33,461 nucleotides of DNA from an uncultured Nitrospiraceae bacterium (GCA_947085305.1 CAMTVV010000156.1:1-33461), one strand, 5' to 3'; counted from the stretch's first letter, positions 17,713-27,078 are shown. Numbers and translations: made by a program. Notes: a model not told the origin generated them from the sequence alone.

Positions 17713-18746
17713 AGAATATCTCATACACTTACAAGGACGGGAAGAAGGCCCTTGATTCCGTCTCCCTGCGCGTCTCGGAAGGAGAGAGCCTGACCGTCAT
17801 CGGCGCCAATGGGTCAGGAAAATCCACACTCCTATATATCCTTAACGGAATAGTAAGACCCCAGTCCGGTAAAATAAAGGCCTTTGGCGCCCCCCTGATG
17901 GATGACAGTCCTGAGTTCAGACAAAAAGTCTCTCTCCTTTTCCAGAACCCCCAGGTACAGCTCTTTTCGTTGAGCGTATGGGATGAGCTCTGCTTCGGCC
18001 CGTTACAGTTGGGCCTCGGTCAGGAAGAGAGCACAAGAAGGGCATCGGATATCCTCAGGCTTCTGGACATCGAGCATCTCAAAGACAGGGGGCCCTGGAA
18101 CCTGAGCGGGGGAGAGATGAAGAAGGTAGCAATGGGAACATGTCTCAGCATCAACCCGGAAGTGATCCTCCTGGACGAACCCACCACCGGTCTGGATCCG
18201 AGGAGTCAGGTCGAACTTATAGACCTCATCATCGGCCTCAGGAAGGCAGGGAAGACCATCATCACCGCAACCCACGACCTCGGGATCATCCAGGACATCT
18301 CCGACAGGACAGTGGTCTTCGGCGAGGACCACAGGGTAATGCTTGAAGACAGCCCGTGGGAGGTACTGAAAAACAGTGATGTGCTCCTGCACGCAAATCT
18401 CATGCATAAACACCCTCACAGGCATGCCTGGTATGTGCACGAGCACAGCCACTCGGGCCTGCATGAACATGAGCATATACCAGAACTCATCCCTCCGGAA
18501 GGCTCTTTGGAAAGGCCGCCTGAGACCGGGAGGACCGCGGAGATGGAAAAGTTGAGAATTCTCATCCAGCACTGGATGGAGCACAATCACGAACACGCAG
18601 AAACGTATATCGAGTGGGCAGAGAAGGCGATAGCTTCCGGGAATATGGATATTGCCCGGATGCTCAAAGAAATCGCTGCGGAGACAAAGAAGATCGATGC
18701 GCTTTTCCATAAGGCAAGGAAGGCGATTAATGAGCGGCTGAGATAA
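17694..18746 (+). CDS. cbiO: ECF transporter ATPase with His-rich linker and extra C-terminal helical domain
   Basis: GANGSGKST, FQNP, LSGGE, LLDEPT, ATHD; tail HKHPHRH...HEHEH and HWMEHNHEH. Confidence 0.9.
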   Translation: MEIFSVENISYTYKDGKKALDSVSLRVSEGESLTVIGANGSGKSTLLYILNGIVRPQSGKIKAFGAPLMDDSPEFRQKVSLLFQNPQVQLFSLSVWDELCFGPLQLGLGQEESTRRASDILRLLDIEHLKDRGPWNLSGGEMKKVAMGTCLSINPEVILLDEPTTGLDPRSQVELIDLIIGLRKAGKTIITATHDLGIIQDISDRTVVFGEDHRVMLEDSPWEVLKNSDVLLHANLMHKHPHRHAWYVHEHSHSGLHEHEHIPELIPPEGSLERPPETGRTAEMEKLRILIQHWMEHNHEHAETYIEWAEKAIASGNMDIARMLKEIAAETKKIDALFHKARKAINERLR

Positions 18747-18804
18747 GAAAGCTGACCGCAAGCAGGGTTGCATTTAGGATGACTATATGCTATCGTAGTT
18801 GCAT

Positions 18805-19941
18805 ATGGTAAAGCGTCATTTCTGGCTCAAGAAAATAGCCGAAGGATTGCAGAGACGCTCGGTGCTCTGGCTTTCTGGTGTCCGTCGAGCCGGTAAGACA
18901 ATGCTTTGTCAGAGCCTTCCGGACATTGAGTATTTCGACTGTGAGCTGCCTCGTGTCAGAAGAATGATGGAAGACCCCCAGTCCTTCCTTGAGGATCTCA
19001 AAGGGCATACAGTAGTCCTGGATGAAGTTCACCGCCTGGCCAATCCCTCTGAGTTGTTGAAGATCGCGGCCGATCATTATCCGGAAACAAAGATTGTGGC
19101 TACGGGCTCTTCGACGCTGGGGGCCTCGGCAAAGTTCAAGGACACGCTCGCCGGCAGGAAATACGAGCTATGGCTTACGCCTATGATCACCGAGGACCTT
19201 AAAGACTTCAAGCAGACTGATTTGTCCCATCGGTTCATCCATGGTGGGCTTCCCCCGTTCTTCATGGCGAAGCGATTTCCAGAGCGGGACTTCCAGGAAT
19301 GGATGGACGCTTTCTGGGCAAAAGATGTCCTGGAGCTCTTCAGATTGGAGAGACGGCATTCCTTCCTGAAGTTTGCTGAACTCCTCATGAGCCAAAGTGG
19401 GGGGATCTTTGAAGCAAGCAGCTTTGCCGGCCCCTGCGAAGTCAGCAGAACCACTATCTCAAATTATCTTGCCGTTCTCGAAGCAACCTATGTGGTGCAT
19501 GTGATTCGGCCCTTCACCTCACACCGCCCTACGGAGATAGTGTCAGCCCCCAAGGTCTATGCCTTTGATACCGGCTTCATGTGCTACTACAGCGGATGGG
19601 ACAAGCTTCGGCAGGATGATATGGGAACCTTATGGGAGCATTTTGTTTTGAATGAGATACTAGCGCGGACTCAGTCCAGAAAAATTTACTATTGGCGTGA
19701 CAAGCAAAAACATGAGGTAGACTTCATTATAGGGAGTCAGGCTGAGCCAATGGTTGTCGAGTGCAAATGGACCGCGACAGATTTTGATCCGACGAATGTA
19801 AAGATATTTCGAAGACACTATCAGAGGGGACTTAATCTCGTGGTTGTATCAGATGTTAAGAGATCATATTCCCGGAACTTTGACGATGTCACAGTCAAAT
19901 TTGTAAACCTTGAGGCCTTGATCAAAGAGGTGACAAGGTAA
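18805..19941 (+). CDS. AAA+ ATPase with DUF4143 C-terminal domain
   Basis: GVRRAGKT, LDEV, ATGSS, GGLP, PKVYAFDTG, EVDF...VECK. Confidence 0.88.
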   Translation: MVKRHFWLKKIAEGLQRRSVLWLSGVRRAGKTMLCQSLPDIEYFDCELPRVRRMMEDPQSFLEDLKGHTVVLDEVHRLANPSELLKIAADHYPETKIVATGSSTLGASAKFKDTLAGRKYELWLTPMITEDLKDFKQTDLSHRFIHGGLPPFFMAKRFPERDFQEWMDAFWAKDVLELFRLERRHSFLKFAELLMSQSGGIFEASSFAGPCEVSRTTISNYLAVLEATYVVHVIRPFTSHRPTEIVSAPKVYAFDTGFMCYYSGWDKLRQDDMGTLWEHFVLNEILARTQSRKIYYWRDKQKHEVDFIIGSQAEPMVVECKWTATDFDPTNVKIFRRHYQRGLNLVVVSDVKRSYSRNFDDVTVKFVNLEALIKEVTR

Positions 19942-20056
19942 TCTTGAGCTACCCCTTCAATTCATATTTGAACTTAATCGTTCATTTCTCAACCTCCTTG
20001 CGCTGCACTTAAGATTTTTGGCAATCCCTGTTTTTCAGTGTGAATCGAGACAGTCC

Positions 20057-20599
20057 CTAAAACCAGTACTCAGGATATTTTCTGTTCTTCGAAAGGTTAT
20101 TCACCAGAAGAGCGACGATCAGGAGAATAAAGGCGCCGAGACCTGCCGGCACAAAGGCATACAAAAAACCGAGGTTGTGTATTTTTTCACCGCCGATGAC
20201 CGCGATCAATGCGGTGGCGCCTGCCGGCGGATGGAGCGTCTTTGTCAGAAGCATCGCCACAATGGCAAAGGATGCGGCAAGGGACCCTGCCAGCCAGAGT
20301 GTACTGCCGAACATCTTATAACATGCCACCCCGATAATCCCTGCAATGATATGACCTCCGATGAGGTTCCTCGGCTGGGCCAGGGGACTTTTGATTGCGC
20401 CGTACACCAATACTGCTGATGCGCCGAAGGAGCCTATGAGCAGGGTCAGGTCAGCCGGCTCAAAATAATGGGCGGAGAGATAGCCGCAGATGCCTACACC
20501 GATGACCGCGCCGAGCCATGACCAGAGCGCCTCTGTGAAACCGACGCCGGGCGGGCTCTTGGAGCCGCCTTTCATTTTTGACAGATACTCTCTTATCAT
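20057..20599 (-). CDS. HPP family membrane protein
   Basis: FGASAVL, SPLAQPRN, LHPPAGA. Confidence 0.93.
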   Translation of the reverse strand: MIREYLSKMKGGSKSPPGVGFTEALWSWLGAVIGVGICGYLSAHYFEPADLTLLIGSFGASAVLVYGAIKSPLAQPRNLIGGHIIAGIIGVACYKMFGSTLWLAGSLAASFAIVAMLLTKTLHPPAGATALIAVIGGEKIHNLGFLYAFVPAGLGAFILLIVALLVNNLSKNRKYPEYWF

Positions 20600-20781
20600 T
20601 TCCCCATAGCCCTGACGATGTCAGCCCTCGATATGATCCCTATGAGTTTATTTTTTTCATCAACCACAGGGAGTCTCTTGATCCTTTTTCCATCCAGGAT
20701 CTTCGCCACTTCCCTTATCTCCTTCAGCGCTGCCCTGAAGTCTTCGTCTGAGATATCAAAATCCATCTGTTTTTCAGCCAT
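20596..20781 (-). pseudogene. CBS-domain protein with large in-frame internal deletion (61 aa)
   Basis: N-terminal DISDEDFRAALKEI joined directly to the end of one CBS motif (IKRLPVVD...GIISRADIV); GAGGAG RBS; overlaps the HPP start. Confidence 0.7.
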
Positions 20782-20907
20782 TGAAACGGACTCCTCTCCA
20801 AGCCATGAAGTCTGCCACAGATTAGCCTTTACCACAGACCATCTGTTATGATTTATATCATATATATGCGCCGATGGCAACGGACGCCTGCAGACGGGAA
20901 AACTCTG

Positions 20908-21570
20908 ATGATCAGCATAAAACTCGATGAAGTAAGATTTGATGAAGCCGTCAATGAGGCCATAACTGTTTTGCGCAGGGGGGGCATCATCGCCTATCCC
21001 ACCGAAACTTTCTACGGGCTCGGGGTGAAGTTCGACATGCCGGAATCCCTGCAGAGGCTTTATGACCTGAAAAAAAGGCCGGCGGAAAAGGCCATGCCCC
21101 TTATCATCGGCCACAGGGGATTGCTCTCCGAGGTAGTGCCTAAGGCATGGCTCGCTTCTCTCCCGCATGCAGCTCAGTCACTCATGGACAGGTTCTGGCC
21201 CGGCCCCCTCACTGTGCTTTTCCCTGCGAAGGAAGACCTCCCGGAATTTCTGACTGCCGGTACAGGAATGATTGCTGTGAGAGTCCCGGGAGAATCATTT
21301 GCCCTCCAACTGGCGAAAAAGACGGGCTTCCCCTTTACTTCAACCAGCGCGAACCTCTCCGGCACGCCTCCGGCAGTGAATGCCGGGGAGGTTATGCAAT
21401 ACTTTGGAAAACACCTCGACCTCCTCATTGACGGCAGTCAAACCCCCGGCGGTTTGCCGTCAACTATTGTTGATGTATCAGGGGCCGGGATAAGGATAAT
21501 TCGCGAGGGCGCCATAGACCGCAGGGAGATAGAAAATCACCTTGCGCAATGTTCGTCTGACCAGGGATGA
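20908..21570 (+). CDS. tsaC: L-threonylcarbamoyladenylate synthase (TsaC/Sua5); start uncertain
   Basis: YPTETFYGL, KKRP, FWPGPLT, AVRVP, STSANLSG, PSTIVD. Confidence 0.93.
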   Translation: MISIKLDEVRFDEAVNEAITVLRRGGIIAYPTETFYGLGVKFDMPESLQRLYDLKKRPAEKAMPLIIGHRGLLSEVVPKAWLASLPHAAQSLMDRFWPGPLTVLFPAKEDLPEFLTAGTGMIAVRVPGESFALQLAKKTGFPFTSTSANLSGTPPAVNAGEVMQYFGKHLDLLIDGSQTPGGLPSTIVDVSGAGIRIIREGAIDRREIENHLAQCSSDQG

Positions 21571-21592
21571 GAGAAGACCAACAAGGCACAGG

Positions 21593-23122
21593 ATGATCCT
21601 CATATACCCCCCTGTTGCTAAACCATCCGAACCCCCTGCCGGTATAGCACACCTGTCCGGTGCGCTGAATCAGCATGGAGTAACCCATAGCGTACTTGAT
21701 GCAAATATCGAGGGCCTCCTCCATCTCCTGCAGCGGCCTCACCGCGTATCTCGTGATTTCTCTGACAGGTGGACCCTTCGCGCTTTCCGTCATTGCGCAG
21801 ATAATATTCTTTCCCTTAGAAGGCAGGATACATACGGTAATTTTGACGGCTATAAGCGGACTGTCCTGGACGTGAACCGCGTCCTTGAATCATCGTCGGC
21901 ATCCGATGATATCACCATCGGTCTGGCAAACTATGAGGACCGTGAATTGTCTCCTTTAAAGAGCAAGGATCTCGTCAGGTCAGCTGAAGACCCTGAACGA
22001 AATCCCTTTTACCCATATTTTAAGAAGCGGCTTGCCGCGCTCATAGACGAGAAGAAGCCGACCGTGGTCGGCTTCTCGCTCAATTATCTGAGCCAGGCCC
22101 TCTGCACCTTTGCCATGACCGGCTTCATACGCAAAAGCTTTCCCGGAGTGAGGATTGTCCTCGGCGGCGGACTAGTCACCTCGTGGATGAAAAGACCAGA
22201 ATGGAAAAATCCCTTTGGAGGGCTGGTAGACCATCTCATTGCCGGTCCCGGGGAATTCCCATTGCTCTCCATGGCTGGTATTCATGATGTCAAAGATGGT
22301 TTTACGCCGGATTATTCTTCTCTCCCAACCAATGACTACCTCGCCCCCGGCAGCATCCTCCCCTACAGCGCTTCCAGGGGATGCTTCTGGCGCCGGTGCT
22401 CATTCTGCCCTGAAAGGGCTGAAGACAATCCCTATATTCCGGTTCCGGTGACCCGGGTCATCTCGGATATTCCAGAGATCACAAGGAAAACCGATTCCGT
22501 TCTGGTCCATTTCCTGGATAACGCCGTGAGCATGTCTCTCATGAGGGCGCTTTCAGAGACTGCCGGAGGCGTATCGTGGTACGGTTTCACCAGGATAACC
22601 AGGGAACTCACCGATATTGATTTCTGCATGACACTAAAGCGTTCGGGATGCGTAATGCTCAAGCTCGGTCTCGAATCCGGAGATCAGGGGGTACTGGACC
22701 GGATGCAGAAGGGCATAGACCTTGAGACCGCATCGCTGGCATTGCGCACGTTGAAAAGGGCAGGAATCGCGACCTATATCTATCTCCTCTTCGGCACCCC
22801 TTGGGAGACGCTATCCTCGGCAAGAAGGAGCCTCGAATTCACTGTGAGACACAGGGAAACCATCGGTTTTCTGAACCTTGCCATATTCAACATGCCTGTG
22901 TGCTGGTCTGGAGCAGAGCGGGTTGAGACCCGCAGTTTCTATGAAGCTGACCTCTCCCTCTATACTGATTTTCTTCACCCGGAGGGGTGGGACAGAAGAA
23001 GGGTAAGGTCATTTCTGGAGAACGAGTTCAAAAGTCAGAGGGATGTCTCCTCCATCCTGAAAAAAGACCCTCCCCTCTTCACCTCGAACCACGCGCCTTT
23101 TTTTGTGATGAATCGCGGATGA
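21593..23122 (+). CDS. B12-binding radical SAM protein
   Basis: LIYPP...PPAGIAHL N-terminus, VLGGG, SRGCFWRRCSFC, GLESG. Confidence 0.88.
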   Translation: MILIYPPVAKPSEPPAGIAHLSGALNQHGVTHSVLDANIEGLLHLLQRPHRVSRDFSDRWTLRAFRHCADNILSLRRQDTYGNFDGYKRTVLDVNRVLESSSASDDITIGLANYEDRELSPLKSKDLVRSAEDPERNPFYPYFKKRLAALIDEKKPTVVGFSLNYLSQALCTFAMTGFIRKSFPGVRIVLGGGLVTSWMKRPEWKNPFGGLVDHLIAGPGEFPLLSMAGIHDVKDGFTPDYSSLPTNDYLAPGSILPYSASRGCFWRRCSFCPERAEDNPYIPVPVTRVISDIPEITRKTDSVLVHFLDNAVSMSLMRALSETAGGVSWYGFTRITRELTDIDFCMTLKRSGCVMLKLGLESGDQGVLDRMQKGIDLETASLALRTLKRAGIATYIYLLFGTPWETLSSARRSLEFTVRHRETIGFLNLAIFNMPVCWSGAERVETRSFYEADLSLYTDFLHPEGWDRRRVRSFLENEFKSQRDVSSILKKDPPLFTSNHAPFFVMNRG

Positions 23123-23555
23123 TATTATGTGTATCCTGCGGGTAGTGACGTTTCTGATGACAATAAGCGCGGCATGTACATTCCAGTAGTGCATCAGATG
23201 ATCGCCGTTCAGGAAAGAATCCTCACAGTACACCGCAGCCCCGCGCGTCCCAGTCATTCTGCGGAGTACAAATCTAAATAGTTACAACGGTTGATAGCAC
23301 CAAGGTCTGCCGCAAGAACAACACCGAAGCCCCAATGCGCCCCCCTCGAAAATAGTCCCTATTTATTTGCTCCGAGAGAAAAATCAGATTGATATTCCTA
23401 TATTTCTAAAGTAGCAACCTTAGATATTAACCGGCGTGGAATATTTGTTAATGTCCTTTTCAAAAGCATTCTTGATCAGAGAGAGGAGTCCTTAGATTCC
23501 AAAGGGGGAACGAGAGGGAGACGCGAGGAAGGCACGACACGAGAGGAAGACGTGC

Positions 23556-23585
23556 TTGACTATTTCCCTCCGGGGGTGCTATAAA
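23556..23585 (+). promoter_or_regulatory. Sigma70 promoter of riboswitch leader
   Basis: TTGACT, 18 nt spacer, TGc-TATAAA; start falls just before P1. Confidence 0.7.
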
Positions 23586-23590
23586 AGGAA

Positions 23591-23689
23591 CAGATTATCG
23601 AAAAGAGCAAACTATCCGAAAGGATAGGGCGCAAAGACCCGGTCTAACACCTGAAGAGGTCATGACAGCGGGTCTGCCGAAATAATCTG
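23591..23689 (+). ncRNA. GEMM-I riboswitch, A20 variant (predicted 3',3'-cGAMP / GEMM-Ib)
   Basis: P1 CAGATTAT-CG/CG-ATAATCTG, AGCAAA, P2 CTATCC-GAAA-GGATAG, GCGCAAAG, P3 with CTAA/ATG receptor, ACAGCGG...TGCC. Confidence 0.9.
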
Positions 23690-23700
23690 GAACAGCCGGC

Positions 23701-23730
23701 AACCCATACCTTTTCAGGTATGGGTTTTTT
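23701..23730 (+). terminator. Intrinsic terminator (riboswitch expression platform)
   Basis: AACCCATACC-TTTTCA-GGTATGGGTT followed by a T run. Confidence 0.85.
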
Positions 23731-23757
23731 GTTTGGATGAGCGCCGGGAGGGAGCAG

Positions 23758-24867
23758 ATGGACATTGAAGAGACGGCCATACTGGTCGTTGATGACGACC
23801 CTTCCATTCTTGACTACCTTTCAATATTACTTAGGAAGAATAACTATCCTGTTATTCTCTGCAGCACCGCAAAGGAAGCACTAGCTCAAATACAAGACAA
23901 CTTGATCGCCTTTGTATTGACCGATATCAAGATGCCGGGAGTCTCGGGGATTGAGCTCCTGGAAGAAATTCATCGTCTTAATTTTGAAATACCGGTTATC
24001 TTGATGACCGGTCAGGCGGAACTCGATACTGCTATTGAGGCAGTAAATAAAGGTGCCTTTAGCTTCATCACGAAACCTTTCAATCGGGAATATCTCATCC
24101 GTTCAGTGGAGAAGGCGGTCAGACACTACCAGCTGATTAGAGCGGAAAAGAATTATAAGTACATGCTTGAAAATACGGTAATACAGAAGACACGAGAACT
24201 TGCGGATGTCGCTTTGATGGCGAGCAAGCTAAGCTTGGAGATCATTCAGCGTTTATCGGCGGTTGCTGAATTCAGGGACAGCTACACGGCTGCACACATA
24301 TCGAGAATCGGTCACTACTCAAGGAAGATTGCCGAGGTTATGGATATGCGTGAGGACTTTGTTGAAGGCATAGCTGTTGCAAGCTCTTTACAGGACATAG
24401 GGAAGATAGGGATACCTGATAAGATACTTTTGAAGGAAAGTCGTCTTACTGAGGAGGAATATCAGATAATAAAAGGACATACTGTCTTCGGCAGTAAAAT
24501 ACTCGAGAACTCGTCTCATCCGACCATACAGATGGCAACCTCCATTGCATTGAATCATCATGAAAGGTGGGAGGGGAAGGGATATCCGCGAGGGTTAAAG
24601 GGCAAAGAAATACCGATTGAGGCGAGGATAGTTAAGCTCGTTGACCAATATGATGCATTAAGAAGCAAACGGTCATACAAGCCATCGCTCAGTCATCAGG
24701 AAGCTTTCAGAATAATAACGAAGGGAGATGGAAGGAGCGAACCGGAACATTTTGCCCCAGAGGTGCTGGACGCATTCATAGAAAATGCATCACATTTTGA
24801 TCACATATTTAATTCTCATCAGGATTGCTCGCAGACTGTTTTTTCAACGCACCCGAAGGCACAATAG
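23758..24867 (+). CDS. Response regulator with HD-GYP domain (RpfG-like), HD replaced by QD
   Basis: REC: VDDD, TDIKMP, MTG, KPF. HD-GYP: RDSYTAAH, QDIGKIG, HHERWEGKGYP, DQYDAL...RSYK. Confidence 0.92.
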   Translation: MDIEETAILVVDDDPSILDYLSILLRKNNYPVILCSTAKEALAQIQDNLIAFVLTDIKMPGVSGIELLEEIHRLNFEIPVILMTGQAELDTAIEAVNKGAFSFITKPFNREYLIRSVEKAVRHYQLIRAEKNYKYMLENTVIQKTRELADVALMASKLSLEIIQRLSAVAEFRDSYTAAHISRIGHYSRKIAEVMDMREDFVEGIAVASSLQDIGKIGIPDKILLKESRLTEEEYQIIKGHTVFGSKILENSSHPTIQMATSIALNHHERWEGKGYPRGLKGKEIPIEARIVKLVDQYDALRSKRSYKPSLSHQEAFRIITKGDGRSEPEHFAPEVLDAFIENASHFDHIFNSHQDCSQTVFSTHPKAQ

Positions 24868-24868
24868 T

Positions 24869-25241
24869 ATGAAGAAGCTTAATTGTTGGGAATTGCAGAT
24901 TCCCTGCGGCAAGACCGCAGGGAATCTTAATGTAATGAATTTTTATCATTATATTCGCTCGCTAACCATTTAAGAAATGCGGGATGGAGCTGGGAGGGGA
25001 GAACTCTTCCGTCCTGGGGGTATGTCCTGCGTGGGTCGCCATAATGCTCGATGGCGTTCACGGCGGGACAAATGCAGGCAGGGCGTGCTGGGTAATAGCG
25101 GGTACTATGTGCAAAGGACAGGTGCAGGGCACGTTTGCCCAGAAATACAGGGACTGTGCCGTATGCAATTTTTATAAAGCTGTACGGGAAGAAGAAGGTG
25201 ACAACTTTCAGATGACAATAAACCTGCTTGGACTTGTTTAA
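24869..25241 (+). pseudogene. Two-CW domain protein interrupted by a 76-nt insertion
   Basis: Removing 24893-24968 restores MKKLNCWE-FKKCG...CPA...GRACWVIAGTMC...CAVCNFY (98 aa). Confidence 0.85.
24893..24968. mobile_element. Palindromic MITE-like insert, possibly derived from IS200/IS605 ends
   Basis: 13-bp perfect stem AGATTCCCTGCGG-CAAGA-CCGCAGGGAATCT plus AT-rich tail; ATT at both junctions. Confidence 0.7.
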
Positions 25242-25521
25242 GAATAGTCTCTTCTTCTGAGCCGCACATTTCCCGTTACCGGTTCTTCCGGTAATAAACA
25301 CTGCAAAAGGTTCCTTCACAGTTTCCGCAATCTCTCAGAATTATTTCCTGCGGGTGAACGATGCATCATTATTAAAGGTCTCCAGGGTGGCGGCGCCTGC
25401 CATTATCGATGGCTGGATTGGAAGCAATAGCGGCTATCACAGAAGAGGTAATCCTCTGCCATTGCACGGTTTCTTTTACTTTTTTGCTATAATAGAGTTG
25501 TTTTGTGAGACAGGAGAGAAC

Positions 25522-26589
25522 ATGAAGGCTCTAATCTTAAGCGGAGGGAAAGGGACCCGTCTGAGGCCCCTCACCTATACTACCGCAAAACAGCTTGTGC
25601 CTGTGGCAAACAAACCGATCCTCGGCTATGTCATTGACCACATAAAAGATGCCGGAATAAAGGATATTGGAGTGATCATATCCCCTGATACCGGAGATGA
25701 GGTCAAGCGATACATTGACGGCGGCAGGAGATGGGGAATACGGGTGACGTTCATACCACAGGCCGAGCCCCTCGGCCTTGCCCACGCGGTAATGAGCGCC
25801 CGGGATTTTCTCAAAGACGATGATTTCGTAATGTACCTTGGTGACAATCTCCTGAGCCACGGGGTGAAGGATGCCCTGAAAAAATTCAGGCGGGAGTCTC
25901 CCCAGGCATTGATCTTCCTGAAGGAGGTTGACAACCCCAGGCAGTTCGGAGTGGCCAAGCTCGACCGTAAAGGGCATATTGTGCGGTTGATCGAAAAACC
26001 GAAGAGGCCTCCGTCAAACCTGGCGCTGGTGGGCGTCTATATATTCTCCAGGGAGATCCATGATGCCATCTCGCGGATCAAGCCGTCCTTCAGGGGAGAA
26101 CTGGAAATCACCGATGCAATACAGGAACTGATTCACATGGGCTATGCCGTAAGGAGCGAGATCCTTGACGGCTGGTGGCTCGATACAGGGAAAAAGGACA
26201 GTATCCTCCAGGCGAACACCGTTGTTCTTGACGAATACATTAAGAGGGATATTCAAGGTTCTGTGGACAAAAAGAGCCAGATAACAGGTAGGGTGACCAT
26301 AGAGAAAGGCGCCGTGGTGAAGAACAGTATCATCAGAGGGCCTGCCATCATCGGAAAGCAGACCGAGATCGTGAACTCTTTTATCGGGCCCTTTACCAGC
26401 ATCGGCGACGGGGTCACCATACTGAACTCCGTTGTCGAACATTCAGTGGTCTTGAATAATGCCTTCCTCTCAGGGATCGAGAGGCTTGAGGACAGCCTCA
26501 TTGGGAAAAGCTCAAGGGTCATAAAAAATGATTCCCAGCATAAAGCCCTTCGTCTCATGGTGGGCGATGACTCAACAATAGAGGTCTGA
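25522..26589 (+). CDS. rfbA: Glucose-1-phosphate thymidylyltransferase, long form
   Basis: LSGGKGTRLRP, KQLVPVANKP, RGELEITD, WLDTG, C-terminal hexapeptide repeats; AGGAG RBS and TGcTATAAT upstream. Confidence 0.94.
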   Translation: MKALILSGGKGTRLRPLTYTTAKQLVPVANKPILGYVIDHIKDAGIKDIGVIISPDTGDEVKRYIDGGRRWGIRVTFIPQAEPLGLAHAVMSARDFLKDDDFVMYLGDNLLSHGVKDALKKFRRESPQALIFLKEVDNPRQFGVAKLDRKGHIVRLIEKPKRPPSNLALVGVYIFSREIHDAISRIKPSFRGELEITDAIQELIHMGYAVRSEILDGWWLDTGKKDSILQANTVVLDEYIKRDIQGSVDKKSQITGRVTIEKGAVVKNSIIRGPAIIGKQTEIVNSFIGPFTSIGDGVTILNSVVEHSVVLNNAFLSGIERLEDSLIGKSSRVIKNDSQHKALRLMVGDDSTIEV

Positions 26590-26590
26590 A

Positions 26591-27049
26591 GTGTTCGTTG
26601 ACGGAGAAATCTCCGGGGTTCTGATCCGGAAATTCAATGAATTTCACGACCGGCGCGGCTGGCTCTCTGAATTATACCGCATTGATGAAGCAGGAGAGTA
26701 CCGGCCCGCCATGACATACCTGTCAGTGACCAATCCAGGAGCCACCCGGGGACCCCACGAACACATTGAACAGACCGACTACTTTTGCTTCATGGGCGCC
26801 TTTGCTCTTTACCTCTGGGATAACAGGAATGACTCGCAGACTTATGGAAAGAAAATGGTAATAGAAAACGCTGACCGGCTAATCGTGACGGTGCCTCCGG
26901 GCATTGTCCATGCCTACAAGAATTCCGGGGAGAGCGAGGGGCTCGTCCTGAATTTTCCGGACAGGCTCTACGCTGGCTGGGGAAAAAAGGAGAAAGTGGA
27001 CGAGGTGAGATACGAAAACGATCCGGAAAGCCCTTTCAGGGTGGAGTAA
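26591..27049 (+). CDS. rfbC: dTDP-4-dehydrorhamnose 3,5-epimerase family
   Basis: DRRGWL, RGPHEH, VPPGIVHAY. Confidence 0.88.
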   Translation: MFVDGEISGVLIRKFNEFHDRRGWLSELYRIDEAGEYRPAMTYLSVTNPGATRGPHEHIEQTDYFCFMGAFALYLWDNRNDSQTYGKKMVIENADRLIVTVPPGIVHAYKNSGESEGLVLNFPDRLYAGWGKKEKVDEVRYENDPESPFRVE

Positions 27050-27078
27050 TGAAACATTCATACCGCTTGACACAAACC

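Noticed and set aside
20803-20818. Sigma54-like site upstream of the CBS stub
   Set aside because: GG-to-GC spacing is off by one from the -24/-12 consensus
23123-23500. Minus-strand Cys/His-containing short frames, including possible TGA readthrough
   Set aside because: No RBS, recognisable family or SECIS-like support
25242-25461. Possible broken Cys-rich small gene on the minus strand (MAEDYLFC...CGNCEGTFC)
   Set aside because: Multiple stops and frame changes; cannot be assigned without a homology search
25354-25521. Upstream extension of rfbA (likewise track extensions of cbiQ, PHP, DUF4412, CBS and queF)
   Set aside because: They run through promoter or neighbouring sequence; downstream starts fit the family N-termini and the RBS or -10 positions
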